DNA from: Hormiphora californensis
Taxonomy: Eukaryota > Animalia > Ctenophora
Assembly (NCBI GenBank): GCA_020137815.1
Contig: CM035354.1
Coordinates: forward strand, 7,750,001-7,814,000
Reading direction: 5' to 3'
DNA length: 64,000 nt
Shown here: positions 37,675 through 58,143 of the stretch, piece by piece
How positions within the stretch are numbered: the first letter of the stretch is position 1
Layout: every line of letters starts with the position of its first letter
Translations under genes and position numbers: made by a program
The notes under the pieces: generated by a model
What the model saw: the letters and a program-made list of their open reading frames with translations, nothing else
What the model was told of the DNA's origin: nothing
Databases searched by the model: none

Positions 37675-39156
37675 CTATAGAAGATATTCTTCTAACTTCC
37701 GTTTGATACAGCGGCACCCATTCCGTTTCAAGCATCTTTGGCATCTCGGCATTTTCTGAAAAAATTGTTTTGTTTAAACCCTTTTTACATCTTACTACAG
37801 TCGGACCCCGATTTAGTGGCATCCTCGGGGGAAAAAATCCTGCCACTAAATCGGGGTGCCACTAAATCGGGTTCAAATAATGTTAATTTTCGTATATCGG
37901 GGGAATAAAATCCTGCCACTAAATCGGGGGCCACATGATCACATTGGAGGATCTGATCCCCTCACCCATGGATCGGATCACATTATTGGGATCTGATCTC
38001 ACATCACGACTGCCCCTGTCATGGTCACTTAGAGGTAGAGAGATTAGAGAGCACGGCCACAGTCAATGAAGTTTTTTCTAGATTTGCGATCGATACGATC
38101 GCCCCAGTTTCTAGTTTCAACGGGTGCTCTACTTCAACGGACTTTCTAGTTCACAAAAATCTAATACTTACCCATCTTCCTTTATTAAAGTTAAATTCAA
38201 TGAGGGAAATTCCCAATTCACGCTCAAGGTCACACTTGTTGAAGTATTTCCGCTGGGTCCGCGTGCTAAAACGTGATTGAAGATGAGCTAACGGCTAACG
38301 CCTAACAAATCTTAATTAAAAGATAGGAATGAGTGGCATGGTAGTGAGGATTGTGATGACCTATCCACACGTGCAAATAGAGGGGGGGTTGCAAAGGTGG
38401 TGCCCTGGGTGGCTGGGGGGGGGTGTTTGTCGCGTGTCCCTGTGTGTGTTTTGGGGCCGCCATGATCGCCAAAGCTATTCTACCTACGTACCCCATTTAT
38501 TCTCTACACAGCTACAATTCTACGGATCTTTATCACCTGATTATACATGTTATTCAGCGGGATTTCCCTTGATCTGTATCACCAGCACTCTACCACTACC
38601 AACCTCCATATTCTTTACTCCGACATGGAGAGACTAAGAGTGAGAGGGGGAGAGATACATAGAGACGGGTGGGGGCCTGTTGTAGGACTTCAATGGGCTT
38701 TCCAGTCTTAATTAAAAGATGCAAATGAGTGGCGTGGTGGTGATGACCATCCTAGCACGGTTGCCAAGGAGGTTTCATAGCCCCCTACGCAGCGGGTGAT
38801 TGAAGGCTGCACATGCGGGTTGGTGCAGCAGGTGGGAGGGCCGAGGGGTGCTCCTAGGTGAGGGGAGTGTGGGGATTCGGGTCAACGGGTACTCTACTTC
38901 AACGGGCTTTCTAGTGGCATTATATGAATTGTACACTGTACCGCAGTCGAACCCATATTTTCACTCCTATAAGCATTATCAATGATATACTACCAATTAC
39001 TTAATATATATATATCTTACAATCACGTCAATTACTATCCCTTACTTACTTTAAATACAAGGTTCTCCTGATAACTTTATATCTTCCATTTCTGGTATAA
39101 CGTAGAAAGTTCTGCTTTTTCCAGTTAGGCCCCAATTCCTATAATAGTAAGGAATA

Positions 39157-39216
<60 letters not shown>

Positions 39217-39444
39217 GAGATAGAGAGATAGAGATAGAGAGAGAGAGAAAGAGGGAGAAAGAGAGAGAAAGAAAGAGAGATCCCATCCTTCTAGGGCGGG
39301 TTCAGATCGTGATGTGATCCGATCCCCAAAAGTGTCACCAATGGAATAGTATAGGATGTTAGATTGGATTCTCATTAGCAAAAATATACTCACCGGCGAG
39401 GCAACAGGTGGTGTCATGGTCAGCCATGGATCCCAAAATGACAT
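37675..39444 (-). CDS. 104-aa MBD-like (methyl-CpG-binding domain) protein with Cys-rich tail; exons 39444-39394, 39138-39050, 38265-38172, 37755-37675
   Basis: Manual splicing (GTGAGT, GTAAGT and GTAAGT donors; phases 0, 2, 0) gives MSFWDPWLTMTPPVASPELGPNWKKQNFLRYTRNGRYKVIRRTLYLNTRTQRKYFNKCDLERELGISLIEFNFNKGRWKMPRCQRCLKRNGCRCIKRKLEEYLL. This follows the MBD pattern PxLGPxWK...R...Y...K.EL.R.LG...FDF..G. Confidence 0.72.
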
Positions 39445-40032
39445 TTTCCTTACTACGAAAGAAATTGTTAGATAAACAAGATTATCAGAACTTTTAATTG
39501 GAAAGGGTGATGGTAGTTTAAACGGGTGATTACCGATCGGGGAGAAAAACGAAAGAAATGAAAAGAAACTGAATTCTATAATAAGAAAACGTTGGCTGTT
39601 GGCAATAATAAAACATTTGCAATTACTTAATTTAACATTTATAAAGCACAATCACTTTATATAGCCGAGCGAATATAAATTCTATTCGGTCACCCGGTTA
39701 CCGAATAGACGTTATGGTTATAATATCATTTACTGAGCACCTAAAATGATATATTATATGTAAACAAAGGAACCTTTTATAACAATGGTTCAAATCAGTC
39801 TCCAACTCTCAAGTTGTTAACAATTAATCAGTTATTCAACATGAACATTATCTGAAATATATGAAGCGATCGCTTACTACTCGAGTATTAAAATATACCT
39901 ATAATGGATTCTCTCGCTCTTGGCTGCAATTAATAGTTTTCTGCGTCTACAATAAAATTAAATTAATTCTGTCTGATTAATAAATCTGTTGAAAATAATT
40001 TAAAAAACAACCCTTTCAAACATGTTAAAATT

Positions 40033-40815
40033 GGCAAATATCGATTTGCGGGAGACGTAGTATAGACGTAGTAGCGACGTATTATAGACGTAGTATAGAC
40101 GTATCATAGACGTATTATAGAAGTATTACCGACAGACGTACTCAAGACGTACTAAAGATGTAGTCAGACGTAGAATAGACGTAGAATAGACGTAGTATAG
40201 ACGCCTTAGCGACGACAAAAACGTATTATAGACGCACTATAGACATAGTAAAGACGTAGTAAAGACAAATCAGACGTACTATAAACGTACTTATAGACGT
40301 TACGTCTCAACAAAAACCTTATTGCCCGAGATCTTGCAAGACGCACTATCGGCAATTAAAGACGTATCAAAGACGCCTTCAGAAATGTTGACACATCCCA
40401 AGGAAACTTTTTGAAAATTCGTTTATAATATGTCTCACCAAATTCTTTTGCTTCGTTCGTCTATGATGCGTGCGAAAAGTGTCTATAAACTTCCTGAGAA
40501 TATCCCAAAGTTTGTAAATTGGTCTATAGTGCGTCTCGGGCAATGAGGCTTTTGTTAAGACGTAACGTCTATAAGTACGTCTATAGTACGTTTGATACGT
40601 CTTTGCAACGTCTACAGTGCGTCTATATAGAGTACGTCTATAACACGTTTTTTGTCATCGCTAAGGCGTCTATACTACGTCTGACTACGTCTTGAGTACG
40701 TCTGTCGTCTGTCGGTTATACGTCTGTCGGTAATACGTCTACAATACTTCTATAATACGTTTATAATACGTCGCTACTACGTCTATACTACGTCTCCCTC
40801 AAATGGGTATTTGCC
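40033..40815. mobile_element. Mutator-like (MULE/foldback) MITE with internal AGACGTA repeats
   Basis: Long imperfect TIRs beginning GGCAAATA. 9-bp TSD GTTAAAATT at 40024-40032 and 40816-40824. Confidence 0.85.
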
Positions 40816-40884
40816 GTTAAAATTTATAGAAATAAATTAAAACTTTCATTATCTGTGATTTATCATTATTAGCTGAGCAGCAGA

Positions 40885-47920
<7,036 letters not shown>

Positions 47921-48267
47921 GCCTAATAATTATATAATATTATAACATCACTGCGCTGGCAAGCACAAAGATGACCATTCCTTCGCCCAACAACTCCATA
48001 CACGCCCAATGGCTCGTACTTGTAATGTCGCACTCGCCCTGACAAACCGAAGCCGGGGTCTCTGACAGTATAGTAAACCGTACTATATAGGACTTGAAAA
48101 AATCGATATTGAAAAATCAGGGGGTGGCGGCCAACATCGGCCTGATATTAATTAGTATAGACACTTAATTTAATATTGAAAAAATATTTTGCGGGGGAGA
48201 GCACTCCCGTAAGCAATCTTTGATGCTGAGAGCTCTCAGTTGTTACAGAAATAAATGCTATCACAGA

Positions 48268-48770
48268 ATTCAAATTCAAATTCAAATTCAAATAAACTGC
48301 ACACAATTCAAACTACCAGCATGCAGTGAAGGGTTGAGAATTGACAACTGTTTTATAGTTTTAATTAAGAACAATTCTGATATAGATTTATACTCTGGGT
48401 GCCACCTGTTATAGTGGAATGTCTACATTCGATGGTGGAGCCCGGGACGTGCGGTTTTATTTATTGATATATTTCTGCCTCTCTGAACTCATTAAGGACC
48501 GTCACATAGCCACGCACCAGTGGTCTGTCATGGAAGTGTTTCTCAACGATTGTTCCATAACCGCGGTGCCCTGAAGCCGAAGGAGTTATACAGTTGGCCT
48601 GCTCGTTTGGCTTCTGCCCAGTAAGGATATTTCTGGATTTTCGACTGTACTCCCAACCGACCTGTCTTGAACTCCATTTCATCACAATTGGGGACAAGCC
48701 CCTGATAGATCTTCCAAACGTGGATTAACTCATACCTTTGGCGTCTCCTCTGAAGGGACATGAGGTCAAG
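48268..48770 (-). mobile_element. 3' fragment of a CR1-group LINE
   Basis: LMSLQRRRQRYELIHVWKIYQGLVPN...NSFGFRAPRLWN. Short (ATTTGA)n tail near 48270-48292. Confidence 0.7.
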
Positions 48771-50167
48771 CGAAGAATTCGGAGGTTGGTAGTGGTAGAG
48801 CGCTGGTGATAAACATCAAGGGAAATCCCGCTGAATAACATAGAATTAGGTGACAAAGAGCCGTAGAATTGTAGTTGTGTAGAGAATCAACGGGTGGGAT
48901 GGTAGAAAGGCTTTGGTAATCATGGCGGCCCCAGCAGTAGATCCCAAAACACCACAGGAACAACAGTACAACACAGGAACACGCAACAAACAACCAATAA
49001 CATGCACGTGCAGTATCCCCCTCCCATACCCTCCCAAGCTACCTCCTTGGCAACCCCCCACCGTGGGATACTCCATACTCATCTTCATCACGACGTTCAT
49101 TTGTACTTTATAATAGAGACTAGAAAGCCCATTGAAGTCCTACAACAGCCCCCCCACCCGTCTCTATGCACCCCCCTCTCACTCTTCGTCTCTCCATGTC
49201 GGGGTAAAGAATAGGGGGTTTGGTATAGTGGTAGAGCGTTGGTGATAAACATCGAGGGAAATCCCGCTGAATAACATGTAGAATCAGGTGGTAAAGATCC
49301 GTAGAATTGTAGTTTTGTAGAGAATCAATGGGGTACGTAGGTAGAAAGGTCACCATCATCATCACGCCACGCATTTGTACTTTATAATATAGATTGTCAG
49401 AATGCATTTTCCATTTCATTCTTCTTCCGCGAAAGCCACGGATAGAGATGGTGACACTTCTGACCATCGAGAAGCTTCAGCGGAGCAGTCACCAATCCCC
49501 ATGACTGTTTCCTGGTTTGCTTGCCTTCGGGGCGCTATTACGATCTGGGTGGTTGGTGGCCTGTTTACAGGTGCGCCCAGCCAAAGCAAAGCATTTGTAC
49601 TAAAATGGCTCTATAACCGCCAAAGTTTGGCGGCCAAACCACTCACCGTTTTGGCTAATCCAAAGTTAATCTGGTAAGATTTGTCACAGCCTAATTCTAA
49701 TCCAAACCCCAACCCTTACTCTGACCCTACATTCGCCCTAACCCTAAAAACCGTGAGTGCTGATACTCCAACCACCCAGATTTTAACGCTGGCCTTCAGT
49801 TCCGCAATGTGTTTTATTGAAAAATTCAAAAAAAATAATAGAATTTTTTAATGGGGCGCGCAAATACAACGCCGCGCTGGTCTCTTCTGCGCGTGGTGTC
49901 CCATGCGCGTGGTATCTTCTGGGTGGGGAGCTCTCTTTGATGTGGTGCGCTCTAGGAGTGGTGTCTTCTGGAGGTGGTGCGCTCTTGAATGCGGTATCTT
50001 CTGAATGTGGTACGCTCTTGGATGTGATACGCTCTTGAATGTGGTGCGCTCTCAGGCGTGGTCTCTCTTCGATGTAGTGCGCTCTTGGGTGCTCTTGGAG
50101 GCTCTTGAACTTTATTATGGTTCCTTATCCGTTAGGGTCTGGTTAGGGTTTGGTTTGGGGTTATCGG

Positions 50168-50439
50168 CAGGGGCGGTGCGCGGCGTTCATTCACGAAAAA
50201 AATTTTGGGTCCAGCGCTGCAGAAAATGTAACACGCGAGATGGGTCCGGACCCAGCGCTGCCGCATAATTTTTTCTTGCGCGCATTCGCATTTTCAATTG
50301 AAAATCGGTCCGTTTTTTCACTTTTTTTGGTTGTTTTTGCCGATATTTTCACTTTTTAGCAAGTTTTCTCATTTTCTTCTCCTCTCTCGTCCAAAAAGTG
50401 GGTCCTGGACCCACTGGACTCAGCCTTGCTTCGCCCCTG
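50168..50439. mobile_element. hAT-type MITE
   Basis: Ends CAGGGGCG/CGCCCCTG. 8-bp TSD GTTATCGG at 50160-50167 and 50440-50447. Confidence 0.85.
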
Positions 50440-51294
50440 GTTATCGGTTAGGGCTATCGATTCTCTAACAGATACCGTTTAGTTTACTCAAATTGGCCAT
50501 GTGGTTGCGTGGCTATAGCCGTTTGAAAAAAGTCGGTCTAAGTGTACTCTTTTGGTAGCGCGCACCTGTAAACAGGCTGCAAGGCACCCAGATTATAATC
50601 GCGCCCTGCAAAAAATTTAAAAAACTAATTTAAAAATTCCTTAAAAACGAGTTCAAAATTTTTACACTTTTAGATATTTATTAACGGTCGCGCGGCTTTT
50701 TTCAATAATGCGCGGATTTTATTTGCGCGCACCATCAAAGCTCTGGCAAGGCTTCTATATTTAATTCTGAGATGCTCAATTACTTACAGTAATATCCTCC
50801 TCCTCTCAACGCAACTTTATAGTAGAGCTTCGACAACAAAGTCAGTTGCGGTGAGAGGAGGTCCGACTTGGACAATTCCCGATCACATTTCGTATGCCCA
50901 AGCCATTTCAACGAATAGAAAGAAAACGAGAAAATTTGTAAGTGGTAGAAATGTCAAAATGGAATGACTAAGAAGAACGGTTTCAGTAAGGAAACAAACA
51001 GTTATTTAACTTCAAATAAATCACATCAATAGTACGCATTGGGTCAGACCCGGGTCAGAAAACATATTTCTCTAGCCAAGTTTGTTTAGCTCACTATAGA
51101 TACGGGTACAAGTAGTCCGTTAAAACAGTGTCACCGCACTGGCACAACTCCACAAATAAAGACACAAAGTTCTACCCCCTGGAGGGGTCCATCTAGTCTT
51201 CAGGTGCAACATTGACGATATGTTTATGCAACTTGGGAATATTACTTGTTCCACATTGAGACCTCACTTTGCCTCATACAGGGTAAGGGGTGTC

Positions 51295-52282
51295 TCAGTC
51301 GGGATCTGAGCACCGCCCTTGGAAGAGAATTAGGTTGTTGCACTTGTCGTATAGAATGAAAATGAAGGGCCGGTCGAATGTTACTTTCTGTGGGTCGGCG
51401 TGTTCCCTTTTTATGCTCGTAATACTTCCTGCTGCTGCTTCCGTCCCTGACTCAGTCACCGAGATCTGGAGAGGGGGTGTCATTAGGTCATTCCAAAAGT
51501 GTAACATAGATAAACGGATATATATTATTGAGTTCAATTACACGTGGCCACCCTTCAATTCAACTGAGATTCTGAGAGAATTGAAGAAGTAGGGTTGGTA
51601 ATGAAATTACTCCTCTGCGCAACCTCATGTATTAGGGGCGACTTCGTAAACAAAAGTAGGGTCGGGTACCCACTAGACAATGAGAGATACCCTTGTCTAG
51701 TGCCGTGCTAGGTCCCAACCATGCCCCCTATTATCCGGTTCATACTTCCCAGTTCCCACTGACTAGAGGGTGTGATCTTTCCCGCTTTATTTGGCCAGAA
51801 CTTCAATGCGTTGTAAAACCGCGTACCCGCCTTGTTATAATGTTCTAACCCTCCTTTACATTTGTAAAGGGAGGAGCTCGCGAAAAGAGGGTCGAGCTAG
51901 ACAATACCCGCCCTCCCTCAATATAGGAGGTAAAAACAACAAATCTAACCTTGGCACTGTGAACTAGCCCATCCGCCTTGATTGCATATCCATTATTTTC
52001 AAATACCATGTCACTCAGGTCAGCCTGGCGGTTTCCTGCCTCAAACAAATCACGAACACCCATCGCTGCAAGTGCCTTCGATATTTCTGACTGAAGGGGG
52101 GGGGTGGAGTTAGTAGTGTCTCTCACAGACTGGGCCCAGAAACACCCAAACGTGACACGTGCGCCTCGTAACCATTGCAGCATTACACCAAAATATATTG
52201 TTTTCTTTTCATATAATGTGTCTCTATCAAACTGTCTCTTTCCCCCTCCTCTCACTCTCTCCCTCTCTCTTCTCTTTCTCTC

Positions 52283-52342
<60 letters not shown>

Positions 52343-55300
52343 CTCTCTCTCCCTCTCTCTCAGCCTCTCTCTCACTGGTATTCAAGTGAGAGGTAGGCTT
52401 CCCGAAATGAATCAAACAATTGCGGAACTGAGACAGGTATTTTGACGAAGCAGACAGCATCAAAATTCCAGCCCTGACGAGGCAATTCTGAATTGTTCCA
52501 TTGGTCTAAATCGCTCTAGGTTCCCTGGTCCCCTCAAATAACACTGAATAACACTGAGAGTAACCCCATTACCTGGCATCAAACCCCATTATATGTGTAC
52601 CTGGTATGAAATGGTAAACTTGGGTATGGTCAGTTCCATTGGTTTCTTAGTCATGTGCCACCGGAGTATTTCACGTAGAGTCCAGTTATCGATAACATCC
52701 TCAATGAACTGCAGTGACAGGTGACCCGATTCTGAGGAAACAAGATGGGTACACCAACAACAACAACTGTTTCAGGTTTGGAGTATTACATGCAATGTAT
52801 AGAGAAATCTAGAAAGGAAGTCTAGAGGACTCTAGATCTATTTGATGTGGTGGTCAGAGTGCTAAGGAGCAACGAATAAAGTGGTAAAGTAGGAGCCAGG
52901 AGAGGTAAAGTGTACCTGCTTTGAAGAGGTGCAATTGCAATGGAGGCGGGGAAGTGGGGGAGGGAGGGGGTAAAGTGTACCTGCTTTGAAGAGGTACAGT
53001 GCGAACTGGTCGTCCGTGTATGGTAGCTCTACTATCCTAATGTCAGCACCATAAAACTGGAAATCAGATAGAAGGGCAGAACGGAGCTCTGTCTCGACCT
53101 TGAACCCCTTCACCAGCTTCTTCCTCCTTCGGAAAAAAGGGAGAGGGTGAGAGAAAACACTAATTTATGAGTTAGGATTCAGGAAAATAGTGCTCTAATT
53201 CCCTTTCCTAACTCGCTATACACCACAACTACTACTACGTACCAGTACCCGCTGGAGAAGTAGAAGCTTTTCAGACTCTCAGCTGGTACCTCAAAGTTCC
53301 AGGACCCATTAAAGTAAACAGTATTAACTAGGATTAAATCTGACAGGGCTGTCTCCTGGAGGACGTTATCCAGCATCCCATTGGTGTTTTCCCGTAGGAA
53401 GCTTCCAATGGTCTTCCAGGCCTTGATGGGATCCCGGAATGACAGGCCCCGAGATGTTAGGTTGTAGAAGGAGGTAGCACGGAGTAGGAAGTCTTCTCTT
53501 GCTGTTACCCGCTCTACATCATAGAACATTCTGGAGGGGGAGACACGTGTTAGATACATGATCTTGTGATCACATGCCCAGTTGATCGATGCAGTAAACG
53601 CGGGGGGGGGGGGGGGCACGCGTTAATAAAGTGTTTAGTAGTGTTTAGTAAACAGAGAGGGAGGGGAGTAGTTGACTCAATAGTTAGACCGCTTAACACG
53701 TGAGGCAACACAGGAAATAGTTGGGGAACCTTGGTATTTGTAAGAGCTCTGGATAAATCTGTCTCTCTCTCTCTCCCCTTTCTGAGTTTCTCTCTCTCTC
53801 CCCTTTCTCAGTTTTTCTCTCTCTCACTTTCTCTCTCTATCTCTCCCTCTCTCTCTCTCTCTATCAATATCACTCTCTCAAATTTACCACTCAACATATT
53901 TCAGTAAAGTACGTGTTACAGTGTGCAGGTCTTCGCTTCATGCTTCAATCAGAGTTTTACATAGCGCTGACTTGCACGCCATGATCAGTCTAACCAAATC
54001 CGTCTCTTTTCTCTCACCATCTTTATACCCCTCCCCCTCTGGCCTTAATTGCTACGTATATATCATGGCTATTATAAGCGACCTACACGACCTGAAGTTC
54101 GGAACTTGAACTTGCATAATGCGGCTGAGCGGCTTTCAAATAAAAGAAATGCTAAATAACGGGGGGAGGCTAAATAACTGAAAAATAAATACCTACACTG
54201 TACCACGCTCTCATTTCCTAATCGGACTACCACGGTCTTTATGGCACCTCCTTACGAGTATAACAGGTATTCTCCCTCGTGTTATTAGAATTAACTAACG
54301 CACCCATAGTTTGATGTAAATTAATCTATTAGGGTGTTCACTGTTCTACAAAACTCTTTTGCAAACAAAATTTATGTTTAAAAGTTTAACACTATGTGGG
54401 TAGTAAATCAGTTATCCCATATCCCCACCTAACTCACGCAATGGCTGTTCTAAGGGAGATCCCGTCATATTTGTCAAGAGCACATCTCATCATGAAGTGG
54501 TCCTCATCCGTTCGAAAGTAGAGCGGGAAATGAAGGGCAGAGCGGATCTGGTGCCTAGTTCGGGCACGCGATCCCAGAGACAGCAGCATGAGGATATTCA
54601 TCACACTGCGGGGAGATATTGTGTGAGAACTGGGAGAGAGTGCTCTCTTCCCCTCACTCTAGTTTAAAAAATTTTACAATGCAATTTTATCATGCCTTAT
54701 TACGTTGTAATAATGTCACAGATTCTTACACTTTTAGACCTCGCACTCTCGTGCACTAAAGTACAAGAATCTGCCTCGACCTGAGCTGTGGTCTCGGATC
54801 ATTATTGTTGCACTTATATCATTCGACCTTCGGTCTCGTGATATAAGTTTTCAGGTACAACTTATATAGGCATAATATAGTACTGCATTATATCCGGCAG
54901 GGATACTTCGGGGCACTTAACGGGAAGTCCTTACGATATGAGTTTTCTTGAAAAGACAGGAATAGAACTCGAATAATACCAGGGGGCTAGACGAGGAACT
55001 AGACAATATGATTGAATACTAGGGTAAATATATTATTAGCGGGATTCTCTAGCAAGACCAGGAAATATCCATCACCTACAACATTGTACCTAAAAGGGTG
55101 CTACAAAACTCTCACCTAAATGGAGATACGACAATATTTTCGTCCCCATCACTCAGTTGTCTAATGAGATCAAATGCAAAGGAGTGAGAATCAAGAGCCA
55201 AACCACATTTCTCATTCCCATGTTCCGTTGGGCCGGCATGACAACATTTGTTACAAATATCTTTCCCAAAATCTTTTCTCACCACATCGTTATCTGAAAC

Positions 55301-55679
55301 CACACTTGGTAAGAGAGGGGTAAGGGATAGGGAGAGAGAGATAGGGAGGGAGAGAGGGCTAATGCTTTGACCGCAGAGCAATGAGCATTGGCCTCAGGCA
55401 TGACAGAGTATAATAGAGAACGATGGTCTTTCAAGTTAAGAATATACTAACAGACATGACTAATGACACAGACAGACTTTTCACGAATTTCGATCGTTCC
55501 ACATATTATTCAATAGAATGAAAGATATCAGATATCATATTAGCTGTAGTAGGATAAAGAAACATTGGGTTAGAATGATTTAACTGAAACATACTTTTTT
55601 CCAGGGAGTCCGAGATAAAATCGAAGAAGGGTGTGACTGATTGAGGTAGTAGAATACCAACCAACAATAACAATACCAT
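51295..55679 (-). CDS. Secreted serpin, about 8 exons
   Basis: Signal peptide MVLLLLVGILLPQSVT; FAFDL..ENIVVSPF|S; LILVNTVYFNGSW; IVELPY; IPKF; hinge ESGTEAAAG; FDRPFIFIL..ILFQGR..DP. Confidence 0.9.
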
Positions 55680-55887
55680 GCCCACTAAAAACTCGACTTG
55701 TTCAGTCTCACACAACTTAATATGAACTAGGAGAAGTGAGGGGGTGTTTCAATGAGGGGAGGGGGTGATGGTCATGAGGAATGTGTCAGCAGTCATACAA
55801 GTATTCCCAATGACCCCTGCAGAGAAGAAGAGGTTTCTCTAACATATTACTGAGTTAGACCAAGTATGCGTGCACTCTCTCTTTCTT

Positions 55888-55995
<108 letters not shown>

Positions 55996-56590
55996 CTTCT
56001 TGCTGGATATATGGGGGTGCATTTAGTCTCGCAATCCACGTGGGGGCAGGTTGTACAAACTACAAGAGTTATAGCTGTTAATAGACGATGATGAAATCTG
56101 GTATGAAGCTGGAATTGTAATAAATATAATATCCAAAAATAAGTCTAGTTATTGTCTAGTGATGTTCCAGGGATACCTTGTACAAGTCGACTTAAGTCTA
56201 TTGCCTAGTGATGTTCCAGGAAAGTATGAATATTTAATATTCTAGGAAATGATCCGCATTCTCAGTCAAGTTCTATAGGAGTTTCGAATGAAGCAGTTGG
56301 TATTTCATTTATTAGTTCGGGCATTAGTTATTAGTGTTAGTAGTTGGCAGAGAACTGTCATCGGTAAACGATCGGGATTTTGACCGGGACTTATTCAAAC
56401 TTTCACCCCATTTCCAAGCAAAATTAGAGGAACAATTTAACGTGAATGTTACAAAGTAAGGTCTACATTACTGCAATTCTACAACAAATGCAGTTATACA
56501 AGAGGTGAGATAGTTCTGCAGAAGTTGAGATGCTTAGCGAAATGAACTTCATCGGATAAAATCTAGACAAGGTATCAGGGACAAACGTCA

Positions 56591-56667
<77 letters not shown>

Positions 56668-56987
56668 ACTCTCTCTATATTGCCTTCTCATTCTCTTTTT
56701 CTCGCCCTAAAACAAGTCGAAACTCATAATTGTAACACGACGCCTATCACAATCATGGAAACTGCATATTTCATGCACCCAAGGATATTGGTATTATCAG
56801 AACCCAGCCCCCTTACAGGAGGGAGAGAGGGATAGAGATCGAGGGAGGGGTAGGGAGAAGGGGAGTCAAAAGAAACAGACAGAGTCAGACTAACAAGGGA
56901 TCCTTTGGGAAGAGATGCGTAAATAATAACTGGCATTAAGAGAAAGATTCTAATGCCACTCCTTACAATAGCTAGAAACATCGAATT

Positions 56988-57066
<79 letters not shown>

Positions 57067-57152
57067 GAGAGAGAGGGTACGGCTTCTCACTTCTTCACCG
57101 CTAGAAACTTGCTCACGAGGGTCATTGTCAAAGGGAACGATAATCGACAAAC

Positions 57153-57200
<48 letters not shown>

Positions 57201-58143
57201 ACGATAATCGACAAAAAAAGAGAGACAGAGTGAGAAAGGAAAGTCCAGAAGTAATATATTTCCAGGTCAAGTATGCAGCATGCAGCCTAGCTGCACTAGC
57301 AGTAGCACACGATACAATGGAATGTGTGGAGCGGCTCGTCAAATGCACTATCGTCTCCACTGCTGACAGACACACACAGGTCCTGTCTCTCACAAGAATC
57401 ATATTCACCCGACACACACATACCTCATTCTCCCCAGATCTATCTCTGTCGAGTGATCGCGTAATACTGGACCGAGTCTTCCTGCTGTAATCTTCCTGTA
57501 GGGGGAGGGAAGGTAGTGATGAATTATGAAGCATAACGTAATACTAATAGACAATAGTGCCAGCCTCTCTTTGATTTGGGAATTGAATCAGAGGTCTGGC
57601 AGTGGGAGAACAAAATTACAACTTTTATTTTGAGACAGTAGCCGGGTCGAGCGAAAAGGGGGGAATATAGCACCTAAATTTATCATTTTAATAAATGTTC
57701 ATGTGCATGACCCATGCTGTCGCTGATACCAAGACAGGTGACAGCACGAAGCCACCAGTCATCACTCCGACTCGGTCAGACCGCGGGACATGTCGACAGA
57801 GTATCTGGGTGCGCGTGAGTGCGCGCGGGTTATATACCTACTGTGTCACGGCGTCCTCCGTTTGTGTGAGCTGGAAAGTGTGCCAATGGCGCCACGGCCT
57901 GTCATTCCACAATCAGCTGTAGGTTTTGTGTTCATACTGTCTCCTAAAGAGAAGAACTGTTTAAGTCTACAGCTGAAATGGGTATTTGGGTTAAAGGCTA
58001 AAGATCCTATTTGGATGGTACCCAGAGGAGAAGAGAAAAGGAAACAAATATGGGAATAGTTAGATAAATTAATTTACAAAACACTAACACACAGTACCTT
58101 CAAAAATATACTTATCAAAAGGGTCACAATTGGGTTAAACACT

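Noticed and set aside
37655-37846. 63-aa ORF MAGFFPP...
   Set aside because: It starts in a pogo-like MITE remnant. The probable exon uses another frame (last exon of the MBD-like gene).
50129-50460. Telomere or interstitial telomeric array
   Set aside because: Only a few degenerate GGTTAGGG units within a MITE.
56950-57534. 194-aa ORF
   Set aside because: Dominated by (TC)n-derived LS repeats, with no domain.
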